From positions 6,820,001 to 6,884,000 of the forward strand of contig OZ024745.1 in the NCBI GenBank assembly GCA_964016885.1: 64,000 bases of DNA, read 5' to 3'. The position numbers and the translations under genes are program-made. Shown one piece after another: positions 1-13,929 of this stretch. The notes below the pieces were generated by a model that was given only the letters and a program-made list of their open reading frames with translations, had not been told where the DNA came from and made no database searches. Every line of letters begins with the position of its first letter. Position 1 is the first letter of the stretch. The stretch comes from Eledone cirrhosa (lineage: Eukaryota).

Positions 1-2439
1 ACAATATGGCAGCCAGTACTATGGTGGCTGTACAATATGGTAGCCAGTACTATGGTGGCTGTACAATATGGCCGCCAGTTCTATGGTGGCTGTACAATAT
101 GGCAGCCAGTACTATGGTGGCTCTACAATGTGGCAGCCAATACTATGGTGGCTGTACAATATGGAAGCCAGTTCTATGGTGGCTGTACAATATGGCAGCC
201 AGTGCTAAGGTGGGTCTACAATATGGCAGCCAGTACTATGGTGGCTGTACAATATGGCAGCCAGTTCTATGGTGGCTCTACAATATGGCAGCCAGTACTA
301 TGGTGGCTGTACAATATGGAAGCCAGTAGTATGGTGGCTGTATAATATGGCAGCCAGTACTATGGTGGCTGTACAGTATGGCAGCCAGCACTATGGTGGC
401 TCTACAATATGGAAGCCAGTAGTATGGTGGCTGTATAATATGGCAGCCAGTACTATGGTGGCTGTACAGTATGGCAGCCAGTACTATGGTGGCTCTACAA
501 TACAGCAGCCAGTGCTATGGTGGCTGTACAATATGGCAGCCAGTACTATGGTGACTGTACAATATGGCAGCTAGTACTATGGTGGCTGTACAATAGGGCA
601 GCCAGTGCTATGGTGATTGTACAATATGGCAGCCAGTACTATGGTGGCTGTACAATATGGCCGCCAGTACTATGGTGACTGTACAATATGGCAGCCAGTA
701 CTATGGTAGCTCTACAATATGGCAGCCAGTGCTATGGTGGCTCTACTATATGGCAGCCAGTTCTATGGTGGCTGTACAATATGGCAGCCAGTAATATGGT
801 GGCTGTACAATATGGCAGCCAGTACTATGGTGGCTATACAATATGGCAGCTAGTACTATGGTGGCTCTACAATATGGCAGCCAGTACTATGGTGGCTGTA
901 CAATATGGCAGCCAGTACTACGGTGGCTGTACAATATGGCAGCCAGTACTATGGTGGCTGTACAATATGGCAGCCAGTACTATGGTGGCTGTACACTATG
1001 GCAGTCAGTACTATGGTGGCTCTACAATATGGCAGCCAATCCTATGGTGGCTGTACAATATTGCAGCCAGTACTATGGTGGCTGTACACTATTGCAGCTA
1101 GTACTATGGTGGCTGTACAATATGGCAGCCAGTGCTATGGTGCCTCTACAATATGGCAGCCAGTACTATTGTGGCTCTACAATATGGCAGCCAGTACTAT
1201 TGTGGCTCTACAATATGGCAGCCAGTACTATGGTGGCTCTACAATACAGCAGCCAGTGCTATGGTGGCTGTACAATATGGCAGCCAGTACTATGGTGGCT
1301 GTACAATATGGCAGCCAGTACTATGGTAGCTGTATAATATGGCAGCCAGTACTATGGTGGCTGTACAATATGGCAGCTAGTACTATGGTGGCTGTACAAT
1401 ATGGCAGCCAGTACTATGGTGGCTCTACAATACAGCAGCCAGTGCTATGGTGGCTGTACAATATGGCAGCCAGTACTATGGTGGCTGTACAATATGGCAG
1501 CCAGTACTATGGTAGCTGTATAATATGGCAGCCAGTACTATGGTGGCTGTACAATATGGCAGCCAGTACTATGGTGGCTGTACAATATGGCAGCCAGTAC
1601 TATGGTGGCTCTACAATATGGCAGCCAGTGCTATGGTGGCTGTACAATATGGCAGCCAGTCCTATGGTGGCTGTACAATATGGCAGCCAGTACTATTGTG
1701 GCTCAACAATATGGCAGCCGGTACTATGGTGGCTCTACAATATGGCAGCCAATACTATGGTGGCTGTACAATATGGCAACCAGTACTATGGTAGCTGTAC
1801 AATATGGCATCCTGTGCTATGGTGGCTCTACAATATGGCTGCCAGTACTATGGTGGCTGTACAATATGGCAGCAAGTACTATGGTGGCTCTACAATATGG
1901 CAGCAAAGTACTATGGTGGCTCTACAATATGGCAGCCAGTACTATGGTGGCTCTACAATATGGCAGCCAGTACTATGTTGGTTTTACAATATGGCAGCCA
2001 GTACTATGGTGGCCGTACAATATGGCAGCCAGTACTATGGTGGCTGTACAATATGGCAGCCAGTACTATGGTGGCTGTACAATAGGGCAGCCAGTGCTAT
2101 GGTGGCTGTACAATATGGCAGCCAGTACTATGGTGGCTGTACAATATGGCCGCCAGTACTATGGTGACTGTACAATATGGCAGCCAGTACTATGGTGGCT
2201 CTACAATATGGCAGCCAGTTCTATGGTGGCTCTACTATATGGCAGCCAGTTCTATGGTGGCTGTACAATATGGCAGCCAGTAATATGGTGGCTGTACAAT
2301 ATGGCAGCCAGTACTATAGTGGCTATACAATATGGCAGCCAGTACTATGGTGGCTGTACAATATGGCAGCCAGTACTATGGTGGCTGTACAATATTGCAG
2401 CCAGTACTATGGTGGCTGTACAATATGGCAGCCAGTACT

Positions 2440-5400
2440 ATAGTGGCTATACAATATGGCAGCCAGTACTATGGTGGCTCTACAATATGGCAGCCAATAC
2501 TATGGTGGCTGTACAATATGGCAGCCAGTACTATGGTGGCTGTACAATATGGCAGCCTGTGCTATGGTGGCTCTACAATATGGCAGCCAGTACTATGGCG
2601 GCTGTACAATATGGCAGCCAGTTCTATGGTGGCTCTACAATATGGTAGATAGTACTATGGTGGCTGTACAATATGGCAGCCAGTGCTATGGTAGCTCTAC
2701 AACATGGCAGCCAGTACTATGGTGGCTATACAATATGGCAGCTAGTACTATGGTGGCTGTACAATATGGCAGCCAGTCCTATGGTGGCTGTACAATATGG
2801 CAGACAGTACTATGGTGGCTGTATAATATGGCAGCCAGTGCTATGGTGGCTCTACAATATGGCAGCCAGTACTATGGTGGCTGTACAATATGGCAGCCAG
2901 TGCTATGGTGGCTGTACAATATCGCAGCCAATACTATGGTGGCTCTACAATATGGCAGCCAGTACTATGGTGGCTGTACAATATGGCAGCCAGTACTATG
3001 GTGGCTGTACCATATGGCAACCAGTACTATGGTGACTGTACAATATGGCAGCCAGTGCTATGGTGGCTGTACAATATGGCAGCCAGTACTATGGTGGCTC
3101 TACAATATGGCAGCCAGTACTATGTTGGTTTTACAATATGGCAGCCAGTACTATGGTGGCCGTACAATATGGCAGCCAGTACTATGGTGGCTGTACAATA
3201 TGGCAGCCAGTACTAGGGTGGATGTACAATATGGCCGCCAGTACTATGGTGACTGTACAATATGGCAGCCAGTACTATGGTGGCTCTACAATATGGCAGT
3301 CAGTGCTATGGTGGCTCTACTATATGGCAGCCAGTTCTATGGTGGCTGTACAATATGGCAGCCAGTAATATGGTGGCTGTACAATATGGCAGCCAGTACT
3401 ATGGTGGCTATACAATATGGCAGCCAGTACTATGGTGGCTGTACAATATGGCAGCAAGTACTATGGTGGCTGTACGATATGGCAGCCAGTACTATGGTGG
3501 CTGTACTATATGGCAGCCAGTACTATGGTGGCTGTACAATATTGCAGCCAGTACTATGGTGGCTGTACAATATTGCAGCTAGTACTATGGTGACTGTACA
3601 ATATGGCAGCCAGTTCTACTGTGGTTATACAATATGGCAGCCAGTACTATTGTGGCTCTACAATATGGCAGCCAGTACTATGGTGGCTCTACAATATGGC
3701 AGCCAGTACTATGGTGGCTGTACAATATGGCAGCCAGTACTATGGTGGCTGTACAATATGGCAGCCAGTACTATGGTGGCTGTATAATATGGCAGCCAGT
3801 ACTATGGTGGCTGTACAATATGGCAGCCAGTACTATGGTGGCTGTACAATATGGCAGCCAGTACTATGGTGGCTGTACAATATGGCAGTCAGTACTATGG
3901 TGGCTCTACAATATGGCAGCCAATACTATGGTGGCTGTACAACATTGCAGCCAGTACTATGGTGGCTGTACAATATTGCAGCTAGTACTATGGTGGCTGT
4001 ACAATATGGCAGCCAGTTCTATGGTGGTTGTACAATATGGCAGCCAGTACTATTGTGGCTCTACAATATGGCAGCCAGTACTATGGTGGCTGTACAATAT
4101 CGCAGCCAGTACTATGGTGGCTGTACAATATGGCAGCCAGTACTATGGTGGCTGTATAATATGGCAGCCAGTACTATGGTGGCTCTACAATATGGCAGCC
4201 AATACTATGGTGGCTGTACAACATGGCAGCCAGTACTATGGTGGCTGTAGAATATGGCAGCCAGTGCTATGGTGCCTCTACAATATGGCAGCCAGTACTA
4301 TGGTGGCAGTACAATATGGCAGCCAGTTCTATGGTGGATCTACAATATGGCAGCCAGGACTATGGTGGCTGTACAATATGGCAGTCAGTAATATGGTGGC
4401 TCTACAATATGTCAACCAGTACTATTCTGGCTGTACAATATGGCAGCCAGTACTATTCTGGCTGTACAATATGGCAGCCAGTACTATGGTGGCTGTACAA
4501 TATGGCAGCCAGTACTATGGTGGCTGTATAATATGGCAGCCAGTGCTATGGTGGCTCTACAATATGGCAGCCAGCACTATGGTGGCTCTACAATATGGCA
4601 GCCAGTACTATGGTGGCTGTACAATATGACAGCCAGTACTATGGTGGCTGTACAATATGGCAGCCAGTACTATGGTGGCTCTACAATATGGCAGCCAGTG
4701 CTATGGTGGCTGTACAATATGGCAGCCAGTCCTATGGTGGCTGTACAATATGGCAGCCAGTACTATTGTGGCTCAACAATATGGCAGCCGGTACTATGGT
4801 GGCTCTACAATATGGCAGCCAATACTATGGTGGCTGTACAATATGGCAACCAGTACTATGGTGGCTGTACAATATGGCATCCTGTGCTATGGTGGCTCTA
4901 CAATATGGCTGCCAGTACTATGGTGGCTGTACAATATGGCAGCAAGTACTATGGTGGCTCTACAATATGGCAGCCAGTACTATGGTGGCTGTACAATATG
5001 GCAGCCAGTGCTATGGTGGCTCTACAATATGGCAGCCAGTACTATGGTGGCTATACAATATGGCAGCTAGTACTATGGTGGCTGTACAATATGGCAGCCA
5101 GTCCTATGCTGGCTGTACAATATGGCAGCCAGTACTATGGTGGCTGTATAATATGGCAGCCAGTGCTATGGTGGCTCTACAATATGGCAGCCAGTACTAT
5201 GGTGGCTGTACAATAGGGCAGCCAGTGCTATGGTGGCTGTACAATATCGCAGCCAATACTATGGTGGCTCTACAATATGGCAGCCAGTACTATGGTGGCT
5301 GTACAATATGACAGCCAGTACTATGGTGGCTGTACCATATGGCAACCAGTACTATGGTGACTGTACAATATGGCAGCCAGTACTATGGTGGCTCTACAAT

Positions 5401-8400
5401 ATGGCAGCAAAGTACTATGGTGGCTCTACAATATGGCAGCCAGTACTATGGTGGCTCTACAATATGGCAGCCAGTACTATGTTGGTTTTACAATATGGCA
5501 GCCAGTACTATGGTGGCCGTACAATATGGCAGCCAGTACTATGGTGGCTGTACAATATGGCAGCCAGTACTAGGGTGGATGTACAATATGGCAGCCAGGA
5601 CTATGATGACTGTATAATATGGCAGCCAGTACTATGGTGGCTGTACAATATGGCAGCCAGTTCTATGGTGGCTGTACAATATGGCAGCCAGTACTAGGGT
5701 GGATGTACAATATGGCAGCCAGGACTATGATGACTGTATAATATGGCAGCCAGTGCTATGGTGGCTGTACAATATGGCAGCCAGTTCTATGGTGGCTGTA
5801 CAATATGGCCGCCAGTACTATGGTGACTGTACAATATGGCAGCCAGTACTATGGTGGCTCTACAATATGGCAGCCAGTTCTATGGTGGCTCTACTATATG
5901 GCAGCCAGTTCTATGGTGGCTGTACAATATGGCAGCCAGTAATATGGTGGCTGTACAATATGGCAGCCAGTACTATGGTGGCTATACAATATGGCAGCCA
6001 GTACTATGGTGGCTGTACAATATGGCAGCCAGTACTATGGTGGCTGTACAATATGGCAGCCAGTACTATGGTGGCTGTACTATATGGCAGCCAGTACTAT
6101 GTTGGCTGTACAATATTGCAGCCAGTACTATGGTGGCTGTACAATAATGCAGCTAGTACTATGGTGGCGGTACAATATGGCAGCCAGTTCTACTGTGGTT
6201 ATACAATATGGCAGCCAGTACTATTGTGGCTCTACAATATGGCAGCCAGTACTATGGTGGCTCTACAATATGGCAGCCAGTACTATGGTGGCTGTACAAT
6301 ATGGCAGCCAGTACTATGGTGACTGTACAATATGGCAGCCAGTACTATGGTGGCTCTACAATATGGCAGCCAATCCTATGGTGGCTGTACAATATTGCAG
6401 CCAGTACTATGGTGGCTGTACAATATTGCAGCTAGTACTATGGTGGCTGTACAATATGGCAGCCAGTGCTATGGTGCCTCTACAATATGGCAGCCAGTAC
6501 TATTGTGGCTCTACAATATGGCAGCCAGTACTATGGTGGCTCTACAATATGGCAGCCAGTACTATGGTGGCTGTACAATATGGCAGCAAGTACTATGGTG
6601 GCTGTACAATATGGCAGCCAGTACTATGGTGGCTGTATAATATGGCAGCCAGTACTATGGTGGCTCTACAATATGGCAGCCAATACTATGGTGGCTGTAC
6701 AATATGGCAGCCAGTACTATGGTGGCTGTACAATATGGCAGCCTGTGCTATGGTGGCTCTACAATATGGCAGCCAGTACTATGGCGGCTGTACAATATGG
6801 CAGCCAGTTCTATGGTGCCTCTACAATATGGTAGATAGTACTATGGTGGCTGTACAATATGGCAGCCAGTGCTATGGTGGCTCTACAACATGGCAGCCAG
6901 TACTATGGTGGCTATACAATATGGCAGCTAGTACTATGGTGGCTGTACAATATGGCAGCCAGTCCTATGGTGGCTGTACAATATGGCAGACAGTACTATG
7001 GTGGCTGTATAATATGGCAGCCAGTGCTATGGTGGCTCTACAATATGGCAGCCAGTACTATGGTGGCTGTACAATATGGCAGCCAGTGCTATGGTGGCTG
7101 TACAATATCGCAGCCAATACTATGGTGGCTCTACAATATGGCAGCCAGTACTATGGTGGCTGTACAATATGGCAGCCAGTACTATGGTGGCTGTACCATA
7201 TGGCAACCAGTACTATGGTGACTGTACAATATGGCAGCCAGTGCTATGGTGGCTGTACAATATGGCAGCCAGTACTATGGTGGCTCTACAATATGGCAGC
7301 CAGTACTATGTTGGTTTTACAATATGGCAGCCAGTACTATGGTGGCCGTACAATATGGCAGCCAGTACTATGGTGGCTGTACAATATGGCAGCCAGTACT
7401 AGGGTGGATGTACAATATGGCCGCCAGTACTATGGTGACTGTACAATATGGCAGCCAGTACTATGGTGGCTCTACAATATGGCAGCCAGTGCTATGGTGG
7501 CTCTACTATATGGCAGCCAGTTCTATGGTGGCTGTACAATATGGCAGCCAGTAATATGGTGGCTGTACAATATGGCAGCCAGTACTATGGTGGCTATACA
7601 ATATGGCAGCCAGTACTATGGTGGCTGTACAATATGGCAGCAAGTATTATGGTGGCTGTACGATATGGCAGCCAGTACTATGGTGGCTATACAATATGGC
7701 AGCCAGTACTATGGTGGCTGTACTACATGGCAGCCAGTACTATGGTGGCTGTACAATATTGCAGCCAGTACTATGGTGGCTGTACAATATTGCAGCTAGT
7801 ACTATGGTGGCTGTACAATATGGCAGCCAGTTCTACTGTGGTTATACAATATGGCAGCCAGTACTATTGTGGCTCTACAATATGGCAGCCAGTACTATGG
7901 TGGCTCTACAATATGGCAGCCAGTACTATGGTGGCTGTACAATATGGCAGCCAGTACTATGGTGGCTGTACAATATGGCAGCCAGTACTATGGTGGCTGT
8001 ATAATATGGCAGCCAGTACTATGGTGGCTGTACAATATGGCAGCCAGTACTATGGTGGCTGTACAATATGGCAGCCAGTACTATGGTGGCTGTACAATAT
8101 GGCAGTCAGTACTATGGTGGCTCTACAATATGGCAGCCAATACTATGGTGGCTGTACAACATTGCAGCCAGTACTATGGTGGCTGTACAATATTGCAGCT
8201 AGTACTATGGTGGCTGTACAATATGGCAGCCAGTTCTATGGTGGTTGTACAATATGGCAGCCAGTACTATTGTGGCTCTACAATATGGCAGCCAGTACTA
8301 TGGTGGCTGTACAATATCGCAGCCAGTACTATGGTGGCTGTACAATATGGCAGCCAGTACTATGGTGGCTGTATAATATGGCAGCCAGTACTATGGTGGC

Positions 8401-8820
8401 TCTACAATATGGCAGCCAATACTATGGTGGCTGTACAACATGGCAGCCAGTACTATGGTGGCTGTAGAATATGGCAGCCAGTGCTATGGTGCCTCTACAA
8501 TATGGCAGCCAGTACTATGGTGGCAGTACAATATGGCAGCCAGTTCTATGGTGGATCTACAATATGGCAGCCAGGACTATGGTGGCTGTACAATATGGCA
8601 GTCAGTACTATGGTGGCTCTACAATATGTCAACCAGTACTATTCTGGCTGTACAATATGGCAGCCAGTACTATTCTGGCTGTACAATATGGCAGCCAGTA
8701 CTATGGTGGCTGTACAATATGGCAGCCAGTACTATGGTGGCTGTATAATATGGCAGCCAGTGCTATGGTGGCTCTACAATATGGCAGCCAGCACTATGGT
8801 GGCTCTACAATATGGCAGCC
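2440..8820. repeat. Higher-order duplicated block: ~2440-4600 repeated at ~6630-8820 (offset 4186-4217 bp, 135-136 monomers +1 bp)
   Basis: Rare variant monomers recur in the same order (ggcggc, tggtagatagtac, cagacag, gtaccatat, gatctac, gtcaacc). Matching ORFs: 2673/6859, 2890/7076, 3045/7231 (4186); 3634/7851, 4223/8440 (4217). Confidence 0.88.
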
Positions 8821-11800
8821 AGTAATATGGTGGCTGTACAATATGACAGCCAGTACTACGGTGGCTGTACAATATGGCAACCAGTACTATGGTGACTGTA
8901 CAATATGGCAGCCAGTACTATGGTGGCTGTACAATATGGCAGCCAGTACTATGGTGGCTCTACAATATGGCAGCCAGTTCTATGGTGGCTCTACAATATG
9001 GCAGCCAGTACTATGGTGGCTTTACAATATGGCAGCCAGTACTATGGTGGCCGTACAATATGGCAGCCAGTACTATGGTGGCTGTACAATATGGCAGCCA
9101 GTACTATGGTGACTGTACAATATGGCAGCCAGTACTATGGTGGCTCTACAATATGGCAGCAAGTGCTATGGTGGTTCTACAATATGGCAGCCAGTACTAT
9201 GGTGGCTGTACAATATGGCAGCCAGTGCTATGGTGGCTGTACAATATCGCAGCCAATACTATGGTGGCTCTACAATATGGCAGCCAGTACTATGGTGGCT
9301 GTACAATATGGCAGCCAGTACTATGGTGGCTGTACAATATGGCAACCAGTACTATGGTGACTGTACAATATGGCAGCCAGTACTATGGTGGCTGTACAAT
9401 ATGGCAGCCAGTACTATGGTGGCTCTACAATATGGCAGCCAGTACTATGGTGGCTCTACAATATGGCAGCCAGTACTATGTTGGCTTTACAATATGGCAG
9501 CCAGTACTATGGTGGCCGTACAATATGGCAGCCAGTACTATGGTGGCTGTACAATATGGCAGCCAGTACTAGGGTGGCTGTACAATATGGCAGCCAGTTC
9601 TATGGTGACTGTACAATATGGCAGCCAGGACTATGATGACTGTATAATATGGCAGCCAGTACTATGGTGGCTGTACAATAGGGCAGCCAGTGCTATGGTG
9701 GCTGTACAATATGGCAGCCAGTACTATGGTGGCTGTACAATATGGCAGCCAGTACTATGGTGACTGTACAATATGGCAGCCAGTGCTATGGTGGCTCTAC
9801 AATATGGCAGCCAGTTCTATGGTGGCTGTACAATATGGCAGCCAGTAATATGATGGCTGTACAATATGGCAGCCAGTACTATGGTGGCTATACAATATGG
9901 CAGCCAGTATTATGGTGGCTGTACAATATGGCAGCCAGTACTATGGTGGCTGTACAATATGGCAGCCAGTACTATGGTGGCTGTAGAATACGGCAGCCAG
10001 TACTATGGTGGCTGTACAATATTGCAGCCAGTACTATGGTGGCTGTACAATATTGCAGCTAGTACTATGGTGGCTGTACAATACGGCAGCCAGTTCTACT
10101 GTGGTTATACAATATGGCAGCCAGTACTATTGTGGCTCTACAATATGGCAGCCAGTACTATGGTGGCTCTACAATTTGGCAGCCAGTACTATGGTGGCTG
10201 TACAATATGGCAGCCAGTACTATGGTGGCTGTACAATATGGCAGCCAGTGCTATGGTGGCTGTACAATATGGCAGCCAGTACTATGGTGGCTCTACAATA
10301 TGGCAGCCAGTACTATGTTGGTTTTACAATATGGCAGCCAGTACTATGGTGGCCGTACAATATGGCAGCCAGTACTATGGTGGCTGTACAATATGGCAGC
10401 CAGTACTAGGGTGGATGTACAATATGGCCGCCAGTACTATGGTGACTGTACAATATGGCAGCCAGTACTATGGTGGCTCTACAATATGGCAGCCAGTGCT
10501 ATGGTGGCTCTACTATATGGCAGCCAGTTCTATGGTGGCTGTATAATATGGCAGCCAGTAATATGGTGGCTGTACAATATGGCAGCCAGTACTATGGTGG
10601 CTATACAATATGGCAGCCAGTACTATGGTGGCTGTACAATATGGCAGCAAGTACTATGGTGGCTGTACGATATGGCAGCCAGTACTATGGTGGCTGTACT
10701 ACATGGCAGCCAGTACTATGGTGGCTGTACAATATTGCAGCCAGTACTATGGTGGCTGTACAATATTGCAGCTAGTACTATGGTGGCTGTACAATATGGC
10801 AGCCAGTTCTACTGTGGTTATACAATATGGCAGCCAGTACTATTGTGGCTCTACAATATGGCAGCCAGTACTATGGTGGCTCTACAATATGGCAGCCAGT
10901 ACTATGGTGGCTGTACAATATGGCAGCCAGTACTATGGTGGCTGTACAATATGGCAGCCAGTACTATGGTGGCTGTATAATATGGCAGCCAGTACTATGG
11001 TGGCTGTACAATATGGCAGCCAGTACTATGGTGGCTGTACAATATGGCAGCCAGTACTATGGTGGCTGTACAATATGGCAGTCAGTACTATGGTGGCTCT
11101 ACAATATGGCAGCCAATACTATGGTGGCTGTACAACATTGCAGCCAGTACTATGGTGGCTGTACAATATTGCAGCTAGTACTATGGTGGCTGTACAATAT
11201 GGCAGCCAGTTCTATGGTGGTTGTACAATATGGCAGCCAGTACTATTGTGGCTCTACAATATGGCAGCCAGTACTATGGTGGCTGTACAATATCGCAGCC
11301 AGTACTATGGTGGCTGTACAATATGGCAGCCAGTACTATGGTGGCTGTATAATATGGCAGCCAGTACTATGGTGGCTCTACAATATGGCAGCCAATACTA
11401 TGGTGGCTGTACAACATGGCAGCCAGTACTATGGTGGCTGTAGAATATGGCAGCCAGTGCTATGGTGCCTCTACATTATGGCAGCCAGTACTATGGTGGC
11501 AGTACAATATGGCAGCCAGTTCTATGGTGGATCTACAATATGGCAGCCAGGACTATGGTGGCTGTACAATATGGCAGTCAGTACTATGGTGGCTCTACAA
11601 TATGTCAACCAGTACTATTCTGGCTGTACAATATGGCAGCCAGTACTATTCTGGCTGTACAATATGGCAGCCAGTACTATGGTGGCTGTACAATATGGCA
11701 GCCAGTACTATGGTGGCTGTATAATATGGCAGCCAGTGCTATGGTGGCTCTACAATATGGCAGCCAGCACTATGGTGGCTCTACAATATGGCAGCCAGTA

Positions 11801-13150
11801 CTATGGTGGCTGTACAATATGACAGCCAGTACTACGGTGGCTGTACAATATGGCAACCAGTACTATGGTGACTGTACAATATGGCAGCCAGTACTATGGT
11901 GGCTGTACAATATGGCAGCCAGTACTATGGTGGCTCTACAATATGGCAGCCAGTTCTATGGTGGCTCTACAATATGGCAGCCAGTACTATGGTGGCTTTA
12001 CAATATGGCAGCCAGTACTATGGTGGCCGTACAATATGGCAGCCAGTACTATGGTGGCTGTACAATATGGCAGCCAGTACTATGGTGACTGTACAATATG
12101 GCAGCCAGTACTATGGTGGCTCTACAATATGGCAGCAAGTGCTATGGTGGTTCTACAATATGGCAGCCAGTACTATGGTGGCTGTACAATATGGCAGCCA
12201 GTGCTATGGTGGCTGTACAATATCGCAGCCAATACTATGGTGGCTCTACAATATGGCAGCCAGTACTATGGTGGCTGTACAATATGGCAGCCAGTACTAT
12301 GGTGGCTGTACAATATGGCAACCAGTACTATGGTGACTGTACAATATGGCAGCCAGTACTATGGTGGCTGTACAATATGGCAGCCAGTACTATGGTGGCT
12401 CTACAATATGGCAGCCAGTACTATGGTGGCTCTACAATATGGCAGCCAGTACTATGTTGGCTTTACAATATGGCAGCCAGTACTATGGTGGCCGTACAAT
12501 ATGGCAGCCAGTACTATGGTGGCTGTACAATATGGCAGCCAGTTCTAGGGTGGCTGTACAATATGGCAGCCAGGACTATGATGACTGTATAATATGGCAG
12601 CCAGTACTATGGTGGCTGTACAATAGGGCAGCCAGTGCTATGGTGGCTGTACAATATGGCAGCCAGTACTATGGTGGCTGTACAATATGGCAGCCAGTAC
12701 TATGGTGACTGTACAATATGGCAGCCAGTGCTATGGTGGCTCTACAATATGGCAGCCAGTTCTATGGTGGCTGTACAATATGGCAGCCAGTAATATGATG
12801 GCTGTACAATATGGCAGCCAGTACTATGGTGGCTATACAATATGGCAGCCAGTACTATGGTGGCTGTACAATATGGCAGCCAGTACTATGGTGGCTGTAC
12901 AATATGGCAGCCAGTACTATGGTGGCTGTAGAATACGGCAGCCAGTACTATGGTGGCTGTACAATATTGCAGCCAGTACTATGGTGGCTGTACAATATTG
13001 CAGCTAGTACTATGGTGGCTGTACAATACGGCAGCCAGTTCTACTGTGGTTATACAATATGGCAGCCAGTACTATTGTGGCTCTACAATATGGCAGCCAG
13101 TACTATGGTGGCTGTACAATATGGCAGCCAGTACTATGGTGGCTGTACAA
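7230..13150. repeat. Tandem higher-order duplication with a unit of ~2976 bp (96 monomers): ~7230-10200 then ~10230-13150
   Basis: Near-identical ORF pairs 7851/10827, 8440/11416, 8471/11447, 8874/11850, 8905/11881, 9122/12098 all differ by 2976. The offset drops to 2945 (one monomer fewer) at 9742/12687. Confidence 0.9.
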
Positions 13151-13929
13151 TATGGCAGCCAGTACTATGGTGGCTGTACAATATGGCAGCCAGTACTATG
13201 GTGGCTGTATAATATGGCAGCCAGTACTATGGTGGCTCTACAATATGGCAGCCAGTACTATGGTGGCTGTACAATATGGCAGCCAGTACTATGGTGGCTG
13301 TACAATATGGCAAACAGTACTATGGTGGCTCTACAATATGGCAGCCAATACTATGGTGGCTGTACAACATTGCAGCCAGTACTATGGTGGCTGTACAATA
13401 ATGCAGCTAGTACTATGGTGGCTGTACAATATGGCAGCCAGTTCTATGGTGGTTGTACAATATGGCAGCCAGTACTATTGTGGCTCTACAATATGGCAGC
13501 CAGTACTATGGTGGCTGTACAATATGGCAGCCAGTACTATGGTGGCTGTACAATATGGCAGCCAATACTATGGTGGCTGTACAATATGGCAGCCAGTACT
13601 ATGGTGGCTGTAATATATGGCAGCCAATGCTATGGTGCCTCTACAATATGGCAGCCAGTACTATGGTGGCTGTACAATATGGCAGCCAGTTCTATGGTGG
13701 ATCTACAATATGGCAGCCAGTACTATGCTGGCTGTACAATATGGCAGCCAGTACTATGGTGATTCTACAATATGGCAGCCAGTACTATTCTGGCTGTACA
13801 ATATGGCAGCCAGTACTATTCTGGCTGTACAATATGGCAGCCAGTACTATGGTGGCTGTACAATATGGCAGCCAGTACTATGGTGGCTGTAGAATACGGC
13901 AGCCAGTACTATGGTGGCTGTACAATATT

